Shown here: in pieces, positions 8,867-18,028 of the stretch | Layout: each line of letters begins with the position of its first letter | How positions within the stretch are numbered: position 1 is the stretch's first letter | Assembly: GCA_963805975.1 (NCBI GenBank) | Contig: CAWDVR010000003.1 | Location: 864,001 to 928,000 of the forward strand | Source of the DNA: an uncultured Acidobacteriota bacterium | Lineage (GTDB): Bacteria; Acidobacteriota; Thermoanaerobaculia; Multivoradales; SZUA-115 | Length of the DNA stretch: 64,000 nucleotides | Reading direction: 5' to 3' | Made by a program: the position numbers and the translations under genes | Notes under the pieces: generated by a model | Seen by the model: the letters and a program-made list of their open reading frames with translations, nothing else | What the model was told of the DNA's origin: nothing | Database searches by the model: none

Positions 8867-9381
8867 CTAGGCACTCTCGGCGCGTGCCAGCGCAGCTTTC
8901 AGGTCTCTGCGCAGCACAGGCTCTGCCTCGTACTGGCGAAGAACGGTGAGGTGGCCGTCTGTCTCGAGGGTGGCGAGCTTGATATCGGGGAGGTCTTTCT
9001 CTTCGAGGCCAACGCGCCGCAACTCCGCCGACAGCTCCGCCTCGTTGATGCGTTCGCGAGCCAGGCCAGGGTATTGTACGGTGCCGTCTTTGATGACCAC
9101 CACGGGATTTCCCGACAGTATCCTCTCGATAGTCGGCTCCTGTAGGTGATGAGGGAGTTCAGATAGTGAAGGCCGGCTGCCGTGCCGCTGGCCACTGCTC
9201 CCTTGGCCAAGGTGATGTTACCGAAGATCACCTCGTCGGCGAGCTCTCCCAAGATCAGAGCTACGACGAAGTCGAAGGCCGAGAAGGCGCCGATCTCACG
9301 CTTGCCGAGGAGACGGACAAGCACCAAGAGATAGGCATAGACGACCAGGGCACGCAGGGCGATGGATAGGAGCTCGTTCAT
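8867..9381 (-). pseudogene. DUF421 (YetF-like) membrane protein, frameshifted near 9130
   Basis: MNELLSIALRALVVY...GKREIGAFSAFDFVV in one frame; VVIKDG...LETDGHLTV in another. Confidence 0.8.
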
Positions 9382-9527
9382 GTGGGCCTCCCTGTGGGCA
9401 GAGCGGGCTGATGGGCAGGAGCAGTCCGCACACAGCAACAAAGGTGCCATGAAAACCTTGCCCTGATGCGCTGAGGGGGATCACCGTCCACTGGCAATGG
9501 CTAGCTGATGAGCTGCCGGGCGCCACC

Positions 9528-10472
9528 TCACTTGTGCCGCGCCGCGGTCTTCGCCTCTCGAAGCCGATGCTCACGAAAGAATGCCCACATCTGGCCCGTG
9601 GCGTCAACGCCGTGGCTGGTGGGTCCGACCCACCATTCCGGCAGCAGCGGCTTGCCGCCGGGCCAGGTGTGGCCTCCCCCTTCGATGGTGTAGAGCACCA
9701 CGTCCGCGTCGTCAGCGCAGTCCGTGTACACGCTACGGCTGACATCCGTCGCCACCGCAGAATCAATGGGGCCGAGCGAGCACCGGTTTCTTCGTGCCCA
9801 ATTCGCCGCCCATGTCGGCACGTCCGGAAACCGACTGTTGGCCGCCCAGGACGTCCCGCCCTTGTAGGGAACCTGGCGATCGGCCGTACCATGAAACGAA
9901 ATCATCGGCACCGCTCGACGGTCGGTGCACCAGCTCCATGGCACCATGTGCGCAGCCGCCACCATCCCGACCGCGGCAATTCGATCGGATAGCATGCAGG
10001 AAAGAACGAACGCCATACAGCCACCGTTGGACAGCCCATCCGCGTAGATGCGAGTCGGGTCGATGTTGTAGGCTGCCCCCACCGTGTCGATCAGCTCCGA
10101 AATGAATTGGACCTCCTTCCTCTGACCTGTCTCGCTATTCACCCGCCATCCACGGGGTCCAGACCCTCGCATTCCTGACGGGTAGACGACAATGAAACCG
10201 TACGTATCGGCCACCGTGTTCCACTCACTCGTTTCCTTCTGAGCGGCCCCCCACATCGCCCCGCCATGCATGCTGATGACGAGCGGTGTGGGTTTGGTTG
10301 GGTCATAGCTCTTCGGGACGTACAGCAAGTAGTCCCGTGTCTCCCCCGAGGACACGAACGAACCGTTGGATCGATTCGAGACGAAAAAAGAAACGGCCTC
10401 GAACAGTACCAACAAAACCGGCAGGCTGATGAGCACCAGCACGGCGGCGATGACTCCCCTGCGGCTCTTCAT
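9528..10472 (-). CDS. PHB-depolymerase/LpqP-type alpha/beta hydrolase (esterase)
   Basis: PLVISMHG, GLSNGG nucleophile motif, FHGTAD, GGGHTWPG. ATG 10472 overlaps the upstream stop. Confidence 0.85.
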   Translation of the reverse strand: MKSRRGVIAAVLVLISLPVLLVLFEAVSFFVSNRSNGSFVSSGETRDYLLYVPKSYDPTKPTPLVISMHGGAMWGAAQKETSEWNTVADTYGFIVVYPSGMRGSGPRGWRVNSETGQRKEVQFISELIDTVGAAYNIDPTRIYADGLSNGGCMAFVLSCMLSDRIAAVGMVAAAHMVPWSWCTDRRAVPMISFHGTADRQVPYKGGTSWAANSRFPDVPTWAANWARRNRCSLGPIDSAVATDVSRSVYTDCADDADVVLYTIEGGGHTWPGGKPLLPEWWVGPTSHGVDATGQMWAFFREHRLREAKTAARHK

Positions 10473-12109
10473 CGATGCCGATTCCACGCGAGCGCCAGCG
10501 GTGCCGCCGAGAGCCGCGCCAGCGGGATCGCCAGGATCGCGACGAGCGCGAGCACGTAGCGCGGAAAGAACGGCGTGGAGAAAAACCAAACGAGCACGCC
10601 GTAAAGAGCGAGCACGACGACGCACCAGCAGGCCGCTCCGGTCACCAGCGCGCGGTCGCTCAGCAGACGGCTGCGATAGAGGCGCGTGGCGACCCAGCAA
10701 GCCGCGGACGTCTTGAGGCAGACCAGAATCGCCAGGAGCAAAGGCAGCGCGTCCCACAACGCACCCTGCACTCTCCTGCTATCGATGATCCATTGGGCGA
10801 TCGGCCCGATGAGGAAAAGCAAGGCCAACGTGACAAATACGCTTCCTTTGATGAGCCGCTCGCGGCCGGTGAGGCCGATGTAGAGACTCTGTACGAGCTG
10901 CTTCCAGGTCGAAGCGATGAATCCCGCGAGGACGAGCAGCACGAGCACGGCCGTGCGGAGCGTGCCGATTTCCTCAGCGAGCCGACGCGCTCGGTCCATA
11001 ACCACGGGCCAGGTGCCCGACCACTCGAGCGCCAACGGGACGGCGACGAGCACGAGCAGCCACGTGGCCAGGGTGCTCCACATCGTCGCCTTGAGTTTGG
11101 CGGCGATGAGCTCTGCGTCGGTCAGCGGCCGTGTCGCGATGAAGGGCGTCACCCCGCCGTGTCCATCGCTGATGGGAGGACTCGACTTGCGGACCGTCGC
11201 AGCGACCAGGGCGCCCATGAGGACGGGCGTGAACACGACGCCGAGCAGGATGACGAAGACGAGCCCGAATACGTTATCGGCGGTCCAGAGCAGCGCCAGC
11301 TCGAAAGGCAGCAGGATCGCGATCAGCGCGGGGAGGGACCACCCATGACGCCGCCACTCGAACCACGTGTGCGCACGAGCGGGCGAGGCAAAACGCCGTA
11401 GTTGCGGCGGCCGGTCGTTCGCGATGGCCGCTACGCGAGCGAACGCTCGCCGCCCATCGGGCACGTCGCCGCGACGAGCGCGCGCCAGAGCGAGGCGCGC
11501 GGCGACATACGCGAGCGGCACGTGCGGCGCCAGGATCGCCACCATGACAGCCTCGGGCGCCTTGTAGTGGAGGGCCAGCATGACGACCGAGTCGATTGTG
11601 ACCAGCCACAGCACGGTGACGATGACTCGCAGTCCCCTGAGACCATACGGCATCCAGGTCAGGGCCTGGGTCCATGCGAGCAGCGACGCGGCGAGGAGCG
11701 CCGGCCAAATGGATGGGATGTCGAACCCCGATGGCCAGACGACGAAGAGCCGCGTTGCCACCCACAGGACCGCCATGGCCACGGAGCCATAGAGCATCGG
11801 CCAGCCGGCCAATGCGGCGGTCGTCACCGGCAGTGTGAACATGCGTGCCGGGTACATCGATTGGCGCGCGGCGAGGTCACCGGACAGGCCGAAGCTGAAC
11901 ACCGCCAAGAAGTACGTGAACGTCGCCGTCAGCGGCACGACCACGACGAATGCGAAGCTTTGCGGCGTGTCCATGCGGATCGCCTGTCCCGACGCAACGA
12001 CGAGGACCTTGATCGTTCCGAGGACGACCAGGTAGACGGTCAGAGCGATCAGACCCCAGCGATGCCGCCGGCGAAATTCCCAGCCGATCGCGAAAGCAGT
12101 GGAGCGCAC
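10469..12109 (-). CDS. ABC-2-type transporter permease (multi-TM, internally duplicated)
   Basis: About 12 TM helices, repeated 'WEFRRRH/FEWRRH' starts, adjacent to an ABC ATPase. Confidence 0.75.
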   Translation of the reverse strand: MRSTAFAIGWEFRRRHRWGLIALTVYLVVLGTIKVLVVASGQAIRMDTPQSFAFVVVVPLTATFTYFLAVFSFGLSGDLAARQSMYPARMFTLPVTTAALAGWPMLYGSVAMAVLWVATRLFVVWPSGFDIPSIWPALLAASLLAWTQALTWMPYGLRGLRVIVTVLWLVTIDSVVMLALHYKAPEAVMVAILAPHVPLAYVAARLALARARRGDVPDGRRAFARVAAIANDRPPQLRRFASPARAHTWFEWRRHGWSLPALIAILLPFELALLWTADNVFGLVFVILLGVVFTPVLMGALVAATVRKSSPPISDGHGGVTPFIATRPLTDAELIAAKLKATMWSTLATWLLVLVAVPLALEWSGTWPVVMDRARRLAEEIGTLRTAVLVLLVLAGFIASTWKQLVQSLYIGLTGRERLIKGSVFVTLALLFLIGPIAQWIIDSRRVQGALWDALPLLLAILVCLKTSAACWVATRLYRSRLLSDRALVTGAACWCVVVLALYGVLVWFFSTPFFPRYVLALVAILAIPLARLSAAPLALAWNRHR

Positions 12110-12112
12110 GAC

Positions 12113-12862
12113 CTAGGCGCCCGAGACTGAGGCTGGCATCCCGACCCGTGTGACGAAGATCTCATCAAGGGAGGGCACGCGTCCGGCGATGCTGTGCGAT
12201 TCCTTGATCGCGCCGAGCGGCGCGCTCAGTAGGATCCTGCCGTGGCTGATCATCGTCACATGATCGGCAACCTGCTCTACTTCATCCAATAGGTGCGACG
12301 AGAAGAGCACGGTGCGGCCTTCATCGGCGATGGTGCGAATGACGGCACCGAGAATGTCGCGTCGCACGATCGGGTCGAGGCCGGACGACGGCTCATCCAG
12401 CACCAGTAATTCCGGCCGATAGGCCAGCGCGAGGAGCAGCCCTAATCGCGCCTTCTGCCCCTTGGAGAGATGCCTGATTCTCGCTGAGGGGTCGAGCGCG
12501 AACGTCTGCCGCAGCTCCTCGGCGTACGCATCGTCCCAGGCCGGATAGAAGGAGCGCGAGTACCGGATGAGCTCGTCGACGCGCATCCAGCCGGGGAGGT
12601 CGTTTTCCTCGGAGAGATAGCCGATCCGCGACAGAACGCCGACCGGATCGGCGACGGGATCGAGGCCGAAGACACGCACGGATCCGCTTTCCGCACGCAG
12701 CAGACCCAGGATGTGCTTGATGAGCGTTGTCTTGCCCGCTCCGTTTGCGCCGACGAGGCCGTAGACCACGCCACAGGGCAGGGCCAGTGTCACCGAGGCC
12801 AGGGCCGTGGTGGCGCCGAAGCGGCGCGTCAGGTCCGAGACGCTGATGACCGATTCACTCAC
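12113..12862 (-). CDS. ABC transporter ATP-binding protein
   Basis: Walker A GANGAGKTT, signature LSKGQ, Walker B LLVLDEP, SSH switch. GTG start chosen at 12862. Confidence 0.92.
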   Translation of the reverse strand: MSESVISVSDLTRRFGATTALASVTLALPCGVVYGLVGANGAGKTTLIKHILGLLRAESGSVRVFGLDPVADPVGVLSRIGYLSEENDLPGWMRVDELIRYSRSFYPAWDDAYAEELRQTFALDPSARIRHLSKGQKARLGLLLALAYRPELLVLDEPSSGLDPIVRRDILGAVIRTIADEGRTVLFSSHLLDEVEQVADHVTMISHGRILLSAPLGAIKESHSIAGRVPSLDEIFVTRVGMPASVSGA

Positions 12863-12910
12863 TCTCGAAGCACCTGCTCCAGGGCCAGTCCTCAATTCGC
12901 TTGCCCGTCT

Positions 12911-13170
12911 TCACGATCGCCCACCCGTGGGGTTGCCTGGCGAGGAGGCTTTCTCGGCTGCCGCATGGAGGATCATGGTCTGTCCGACCGCCAGTCGACC
13001 GATGTGAGTGACCGCGCCATAGATTCCCGCGGTGTTCTGGTTCGCACGAACGACCGCCTTTAGCACTTCTGGAGCAGGGCTCGCGGAATCGGGATCAAGG
13101 TTCACCATCGAGCAGCGAACGTCGCGCATCGTCACGGTGACGGCGGGGGCGTCGCCATCGCCTCTACATG
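12911..13170 (-). pseudogene. C-terminal fragment of a MOSC-domain protein
   Basis: RDVRCSMVNLDP...VLKAV...AGIYGAV..GRLAVG motif; the N-terminal part is missing. Confidence 0.6.
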
Positions 13171-13254
13171 TCCGATTTCTAAAGGCATTCTCGATCCGAT
13201 TCCGTCCAACGTTCGAGCTAACCAACCTGCCGTGGCGGGTCCGTTGAGCTAGGG

Positions 13255-13830
13255 CTAGGCGCTGCCTCTAACATTTGCACTGCCTGCGTGCGCGGCGCCA
13301 ATCCTGCGGATGATCCGGTCCATGCGCCCGCGGGCATGGCGCAAGTGGAGTATTGGGTAGGCATTGACGAGCACCTGCGCCGCCGAAAACCAAGCTACGA
13401 CGTTCCACATGCCACTTAGTCCAGCGAGCATGACATACGGTGTGAACAGAACGGCTGCCCAGAAGTGAGTGGCTTCTGCTGACTCAGCCTGAAGGCGAAC
13501 CTGGAGAGGTTGTCTGCACTCTCGATCGAGGTACACGGTGGAGTTCAGGTAGCGAAGTGGAGTCTGGCGAAGTAGTTTGCCAAAGCTAAAAACTCCAAGC
13601 CGACGATACACATTGCCCTCTAGCTCCCAGTGGCGAAGTGGGCGAAGCGCGCTCGGCATTTTCAGTATGAACAGGGGCTCGGCAACTTTGGCGATGCCGA
13701 GAAAGTAGAACATGAGAAGCAGTACCAGCCATGGCGAAGTGACGCCAATGACCCTCCTAAGTAATACGAACGAAACACCAAACGCAAGCATGACGGCCAG
13801 CAGGGCCAGTGCATGCAGCCACAGACGCAT
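13255..13830 (-). CDS. Membrane protein, CrtO-like (glycosyl-carotenoid acyltransferase family)
   Basis: WELEGNVYRRLGV, AEATHFW and NAYPILHLRHARGR motifs; TM helices. Confidence 0.6.
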   Translation of the reverse strand: MRLWLHALALLAVMLAFGVSFVLLRRVIGVTSPWLVLLLMFYFLGIAKVAEPLFILKMPSALRPLRHWELEGNVYRRLGVFSFGKLLRQTPLRYLNSTVYLDRECRQPLQVRLQAESAEATHFWAAVLFTPYVMLAGLSGMWNVVAWFSAAQVLVNAYPILHLRHARGRMDRIIRRIGAAHAGSANVRGSA

Positions 13831-14029
13831 AGGACACTCCTTGCGACTCCCGACTAGCGCTTCTTATTTCGACGGCTCCACCCCTTCGGCATCCTTGAGA
13901 CGCTTCCCCCGTCCGCTGAAGTTTTCGAAGCCACCGCGTGCCGGCCCGCCTAATGCTTTCGGATGCCAGTAGTTTGAGCGATTCTAGTCGAATTGCAATG
14001 GGAGTCAAAGCGGCCAGGCAGGCCGGTGA

Positions 14030-14205
14030 GCAGTCGCCTAGAATCGCCGCAGACCGATGCTCTACGAGAGGCTCAATAAGACATGCAGCGAACGGTGGAC
14101 GAGCTCGCCGAGCGAATCTGTCCCCTCCCGTGGGCGCGGAGGAGCGATCTGTTGATAGAGGCCTCTCAGCCCTTGGCGGACCAGCTCGAGGGTGACGCGG
14201 CACCG
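14030..14205 (+). pseudogene. Degenerate paralog fragment of the hypothetical gene at 24719-25108
   Basis: Reads MLYERLN/DMQRTVDELAERICPLPWARRSDLLIEASQPLADQLEGDAA versus VLYEKLNSDMQRTVDEFTERIRLLPWARKSDLLVEASRPFADQFEGDAA; frameshifted and truncated. Confidence 0.75.
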
Positions 14206-14244
14206 TAGTAGAGTGAGAAGAGAAGCCCCAAAAGGAGAGACAAC

Positions 14245-14517
14245 ATGAAGGCTCCGCACGCTCTCGTCTTCGCCTTGCTGGCGCTCGTTGTGATGGCTGC
14301 CGCGCCCGGCCCGACCGAGAATGCACCTGAGCTCGCCCTGCCGGGCCTCGCGCCAGCCGATCCTAGCGAGATCGACGCGCCGGCTCCGCAGCCCTTGATC
14401 AATCCCTGCTTCGCACAGTGTCTCGCGATCCGCGAGGAGTGCGATGCCGGCTGCTCGACTAGCCAATGCCACCGCGAGTGCCGGGACTCCGCGATCGAGT
14501 GCATTAGCCACTGCTGA
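14245..14517 (+). CDS. Small secreted Cys-rich peptide precursor (signal + Pro-rich spacer + 8-Cys core)
   Basis: AAGGAG RBS, signal peptide, core CX3CX6CX3CX4CX3CX6CX3C. Confidence 0.75.
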   Translation: MKAPHALVFALLALVVMAAAPGPTENAPELALPGLAPADPSEIDAPAPQPLINPCFAQCLAIREECDAGCSTSQCHRECRDSAIECISHC

Positions 14518-14639
14518 GCCCAGCCCAGAGGCGCCTTGCGGTCGGTCCCGCCGCGCGCACAGCTGGCGGGACGGCGATACGAAGGCCACCGCCGGCGCCA
14601 CCCGCGCTCCGCCCCGGGGGGACCGTCCCTGCGACGTCG

Positions 14640-14728
14640 TTGCCGCCGTGTCGTCCGACACCGAAGATCGCCAGAATGTTGGGGTGAGATAGCGCCGCGA
14701 GAACCTTCGTCTCGCGCTCGAAGCGCAC
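14640..14728 (-). pseudogene. Fragment of a Hanks-type Ser/Thr protein kinase
   Basis: RFERETKVLAALSHPNILAIFGVG corresponds to kinase subdomains III-IV, isolated from the rest of the domain. Confidence 0.65.
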
Positions 14729-15039
14729 CTGGCCGCTGCGTCGGACGGTAGGAGGTCGCTCCCGGCGAGCTGCTCCAGGCTAGGCTGGTCGACGTGGGCG
14801 CCACGGTCCGGCGCCAGCGGATGCCGGCTCGCTTGGCTGACCGCCCGCAGCTCGCCCCCTGGAGATGACCTCGAAGGCGCCCTGGCAATGGTCGGGAAGC
14901 GTGAGAACCTGCCCGGCACCAGGCAGCTTCTCCGGCCTGAGGAAGAGGACGTAGGACCGGGCAGGGGTCAGCTCGACGACCGCGTGCTCCATCATGTCGA
15001 GATCCGCAACCGGCGGGCCGCCGGCCCGGTTCCATCGGA

Positions 15040-16356
15040 GTGAGCCGCTGCTACCATTGCAGGATGGTGGCCTCGAGGTCTGCCCCCAGATGTACAGATT
15101 GGCGGAGCGAGGACTGTAGCTCACGGTTGCGGACCATCGCCCTCTTCTTTCTGACCCTGGTCGCGATCTCGTGCGCAAGACCGCACGAGTCGGCGCCGAC
15201 CCTCGCTCTGGTTGGTGGTGTGATCGTCGACCCGGGCGCGGACGGGCGGCCGCAGCCCGCGGATGTCGTGATCCGGGGCGACCGCATCATTTCGGTGGGA
15301 CCGCGCGGCGTGGTGCCCCGCGGCGCACGCATCTTCGACGCCCACGGCAAGTTCCTGGTGCCCGGCCTCTGGGACATGCACGCCCATCTTGCCGCGCTCA
15401 CCGAAATCGGCGTCGCACCGGAGCGCTACATAGGCCACGGCGTGCTGGCATTGCGTGATTGCGGCGGCCATCTCGACCAACTCCTCTCTTTGCGCCGAAG
15501 TATCGCCGCCGGCCTGCGGATAGGGCCGGAGCTCCTCATCGCCGGCCCGACGCTCAACGGCGAGCAGTTCGCTCCGTTCCAGCGCGTCGTGCGCGATGAG
15601 GCCGAGGCGCGCGCCGCCGTGCGTGAGCTTGCGACCGCCGGCGTCGACTTCATCAAGACTCACCGCGCCACCTCGCGCGAGGCATTTTTCGCGCTGCTCG
15701 ACGAGGCGCCGCGTCACGGCCTCCACGTCGCAGGCCATGTGCCCCTGGTGGTGAGCTGGATCGAGGCCGCGGACGCGGGCATGCGCTCGATGGAGCACGC
15801 GCAGACGCTGCCCGAGAATGAGATGAGCGATGCACGAGCACCGGCGCCAGACGTCGAGGCGGCGATCGCCCGCATCGACGGCGAGCGCGGCGATGCGATC
15901 TTTGCCGCGCTCGCGCGTACCGGCGCGATGTTCGATCCCACGCTCATCGCCTACGAGGAATCGATCGACGTCCGGCCCGAGCTCGCCGCGCGCAGGCGCG
16001 AAGCCTATGGGCACCTCAAGTCCTACGTCCGGCGGGCTCATCGCACCGGAGTAGCGATGCTCGCCGGCACCGACGTGCTCGAGCGCCACGGGGACATGCT
16101 ACTCGTGGAGCTGGAGCGCTTGGTCGAATGCGGACTCTCACCGCGCCAGGCCTTGGCCGCTGCCACGACCAATCCGTCACTGCTGATGGACCGGCCCGAT
16201 CTGGGACGCATCGCGCCGGGCGCCACCGCCTCGCTGCTCGTTGTGGACGCCGATCCGACGGTCGACATCCGCAACCTACGGGGCCTCGCGGCCGTGATGC
16301 TGCGTGGACGGTTGATCGAGGAGGAAGTGCTGGCGAGGTTGCGGGCGGCGAATTGA
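15040..16356 (+). CDS. Secreted amidohydrolase family protein
   Basis: PGLWDMHAH, VDFIK, AGH, MEH and AGTD motifs. The true start is probably later, near 15127 before the signal/lipobox-like FFLTLVAISC. Confidence 0.85.
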   Translation: MSRCYHCRMVASRSAPRCTDWRSEDCSSRLRTIALFFLTLVAISCARPHESAPTLALVGGVIVDPGADGRPQPADVVIRGDRIISVGPRGVVPRGARIFDAHGKFLVPGLWDMHAHLAALTEIGVAPERYIGHGVLALRDCGGHLDQLLSLRRSIAAGLRIGPELLIAGPTLNGEQFAPFQRVVRDEAEARAAVRELATAGVDFIKTHRATSREAFFALLDEAPRHGLHVAGHVPLVVSWIEAADAGMRSMEHAQTLPENEMSDARAPAPDVEAAIARIDGERGDAIFAALARTGAMFDPTLIAYEESIDVRPELAARRREAYGHLKSYVRRAHRTGVAMLAGTDVLERHGDMLLVELERLVECGLSPRQALAAATTNPSLLMDRPDLGRIAPGATASLLVVDADPTVDIRNLRGLAAVMLRGRLIEEEVLARLRAAN

Positions 16357-16841
16357 GCGGTTGCAGGGCGACGGCCCTCAGAGTCCCCTATCCTGCAGCG
16401 GTGGGACGGTCGTCGGTGAAGTCGAAGACTACGGCGGGCGAGCGGCGCGCCGCGAGCACCGCCAGGAACTCGCTCTTGCTACGCCTGCGTTTTTGACGCG
16501 CGACCGCCAGCGAGATGCAGGGCACGGGTGGCCGACTGGTGGAGTGCCTTTCATTTCAGGTCCCTTTCCTGGGCGATAAACGGCACGATACGGAACTGCA
16601 ATCCAGGAGCCTGGCTCTCTGAACCGTAAAGAAGTGAACTCGGAAGGAAGTGCATGAGACAGCAGCAACTTCTGCTGGTTGCGCTTCCCCAATGCGGGTT
16701 CTGAATTGGCGCAAGTCTTGCTGTCGAGGCCGGGAGGTCTTGTCGGAAGCCTAGGGTGTGCGCTCTTGAGCGCCCGCCGTCAACGTCAGTCACCACAACC
16801 CGCGAGCAGCTCCGCTGTCACCGCATCCAGGAGAGAACTTC

Positions 16842-17498
16842 ATGGAGCTCAAAAGCTTACAAGATCTTTATGTCCATGGCCTAAAAGACGTCTACAGCGC
16901 CGAGAAGCAGATCACCAAGGCCCTCCCGAAGATGATCCGGGTCGCTTCGAGCCCGGACCTGCAGAAGGCTCTCGAGAAGCATCTCGCCGTCACCCACCGG
17001 CAGGCCGCGACGGTCGAAGCCATCTTGATGGAGCTCGGTGAGTCGACCCGCGGCCCCAAGTGCAAGGGGATGGAGGGCTTGCTCGAGGAAGGTTCCGAGA
17101 TGCTCAAGGAAGAAGCCGACTTTGATGTGCTTGATGCCGCGATCATTGCGGCGGCGCAGCGTGTGGAGCACTACGAGATCGCGGCCTATGGCACCCTGCG
17201 CACCTATGCCGAGACGCTGGGCTACTCGGGCGCCGCGCAAGTGCTCGACGCCATCGCCAGCGAGGAAGGCGTGGCCGACCAGACGCTTTCCGGGCTCGCC
17301 GAAAGCGCGGTGAACCTGGTTGCCGCAGAAGGCGAGGGCAGCGAGGGAGCTAAGGAAGCCGGTATCTGGGGACGCACCTCGTCGTCGGCGAAGCCACGCC
17401 GCACCGCGAGCCGCGCCTCTTCCTCGGGGCGAGGCTCCAAGCAACGGTCGACCTCGGGGAGCGGGTCTCGTAAGGCGACGGCCTCCGGGAGCAGGTAG
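16842..17498 (+). CDS. yciF: Ferritin-like DUF892 protein (YciE/YciF family) with basic tail
   Basis: LKDVYSAEKQI, KCKGMEGL, AAQRVEHYEIAAYG; AGGAG RBS. Confidence 0.9.
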   Translation: MELKSLQDLYVHGLKDVYSAEKQITKALPKMIRVASSPDLQKALEKHLAVTHRQAATVEAILMELGESTRGPKCKGMEGLLEEGSEMLKEEADFDVLDAAIIAAAQRVEHYEIAAYGTLRTYAETLGYSGAAQVLDAIASEEGVADQTLSGLAESAVNLVAAEGEGSEGAKEAGIWGRTSSSAKPRRTASRASSSGRGSKQRSTSGSGSRKATASGSR

Positions 17499-18028
17499 CC
17501 ATGAGAAAGACCTAGTCGCAAGATCGCCTCGGGGCGAGGAGTGCCCATGGGCTCCGCCTGGGCTCCCGTTGAACCCACGGAACCAGGCACTGGTGCCACT
17601 GCCGTCCCCGAGCGGTGCTCTCTACCCCGCCATTTTCCAGGCGAGGCCCACGAGGCCTGCTACCGCCCCGAAGACCATGAGCAGTCTGGTCAGCAACCGC
17701 GGTCCCGGTTTCCGTATCCAGTTGTGGCTACGCACACGCTGGTAGGCGATCGCGCGCGGCAGCACTGCAAGGTTGGGCTCCTCGGCGCCTTCGGGATGGC
17801 TTGGGGTCCACATGGCGATTCCTCCGTCCACAATGACGTTGGCTCTCGACCTCTGGGTCGCAGGCTACGAGGTGTCAACGACGGCGGGGTGTCGGGCGCG
17901 TGACCAATGCTCGACGGCACGCCGTCCGTCCACCATCGGGAAGAGGTTTCCTCGACTTCGCTTGAGCGCCCTGATACCATCTCGCGAAATTCTTGATCTG
18001 CCCGCTTGGCGGGATCTGGGGGACACCT

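Noticed and set aside
14245-14517. RiPP (ranthipeptide/lanthipeptide) cluster around the Cys-rich peptides
   Set aside because: There is no radical SAM, LanM/LanC or peptidase-transporter nearby, and the Sec signal peptides favour disulfide bonding.
17541-17990. Short ORFs between yciF and DUF3604
   Set aside because: No motifs, and conflicting overlapping frames.
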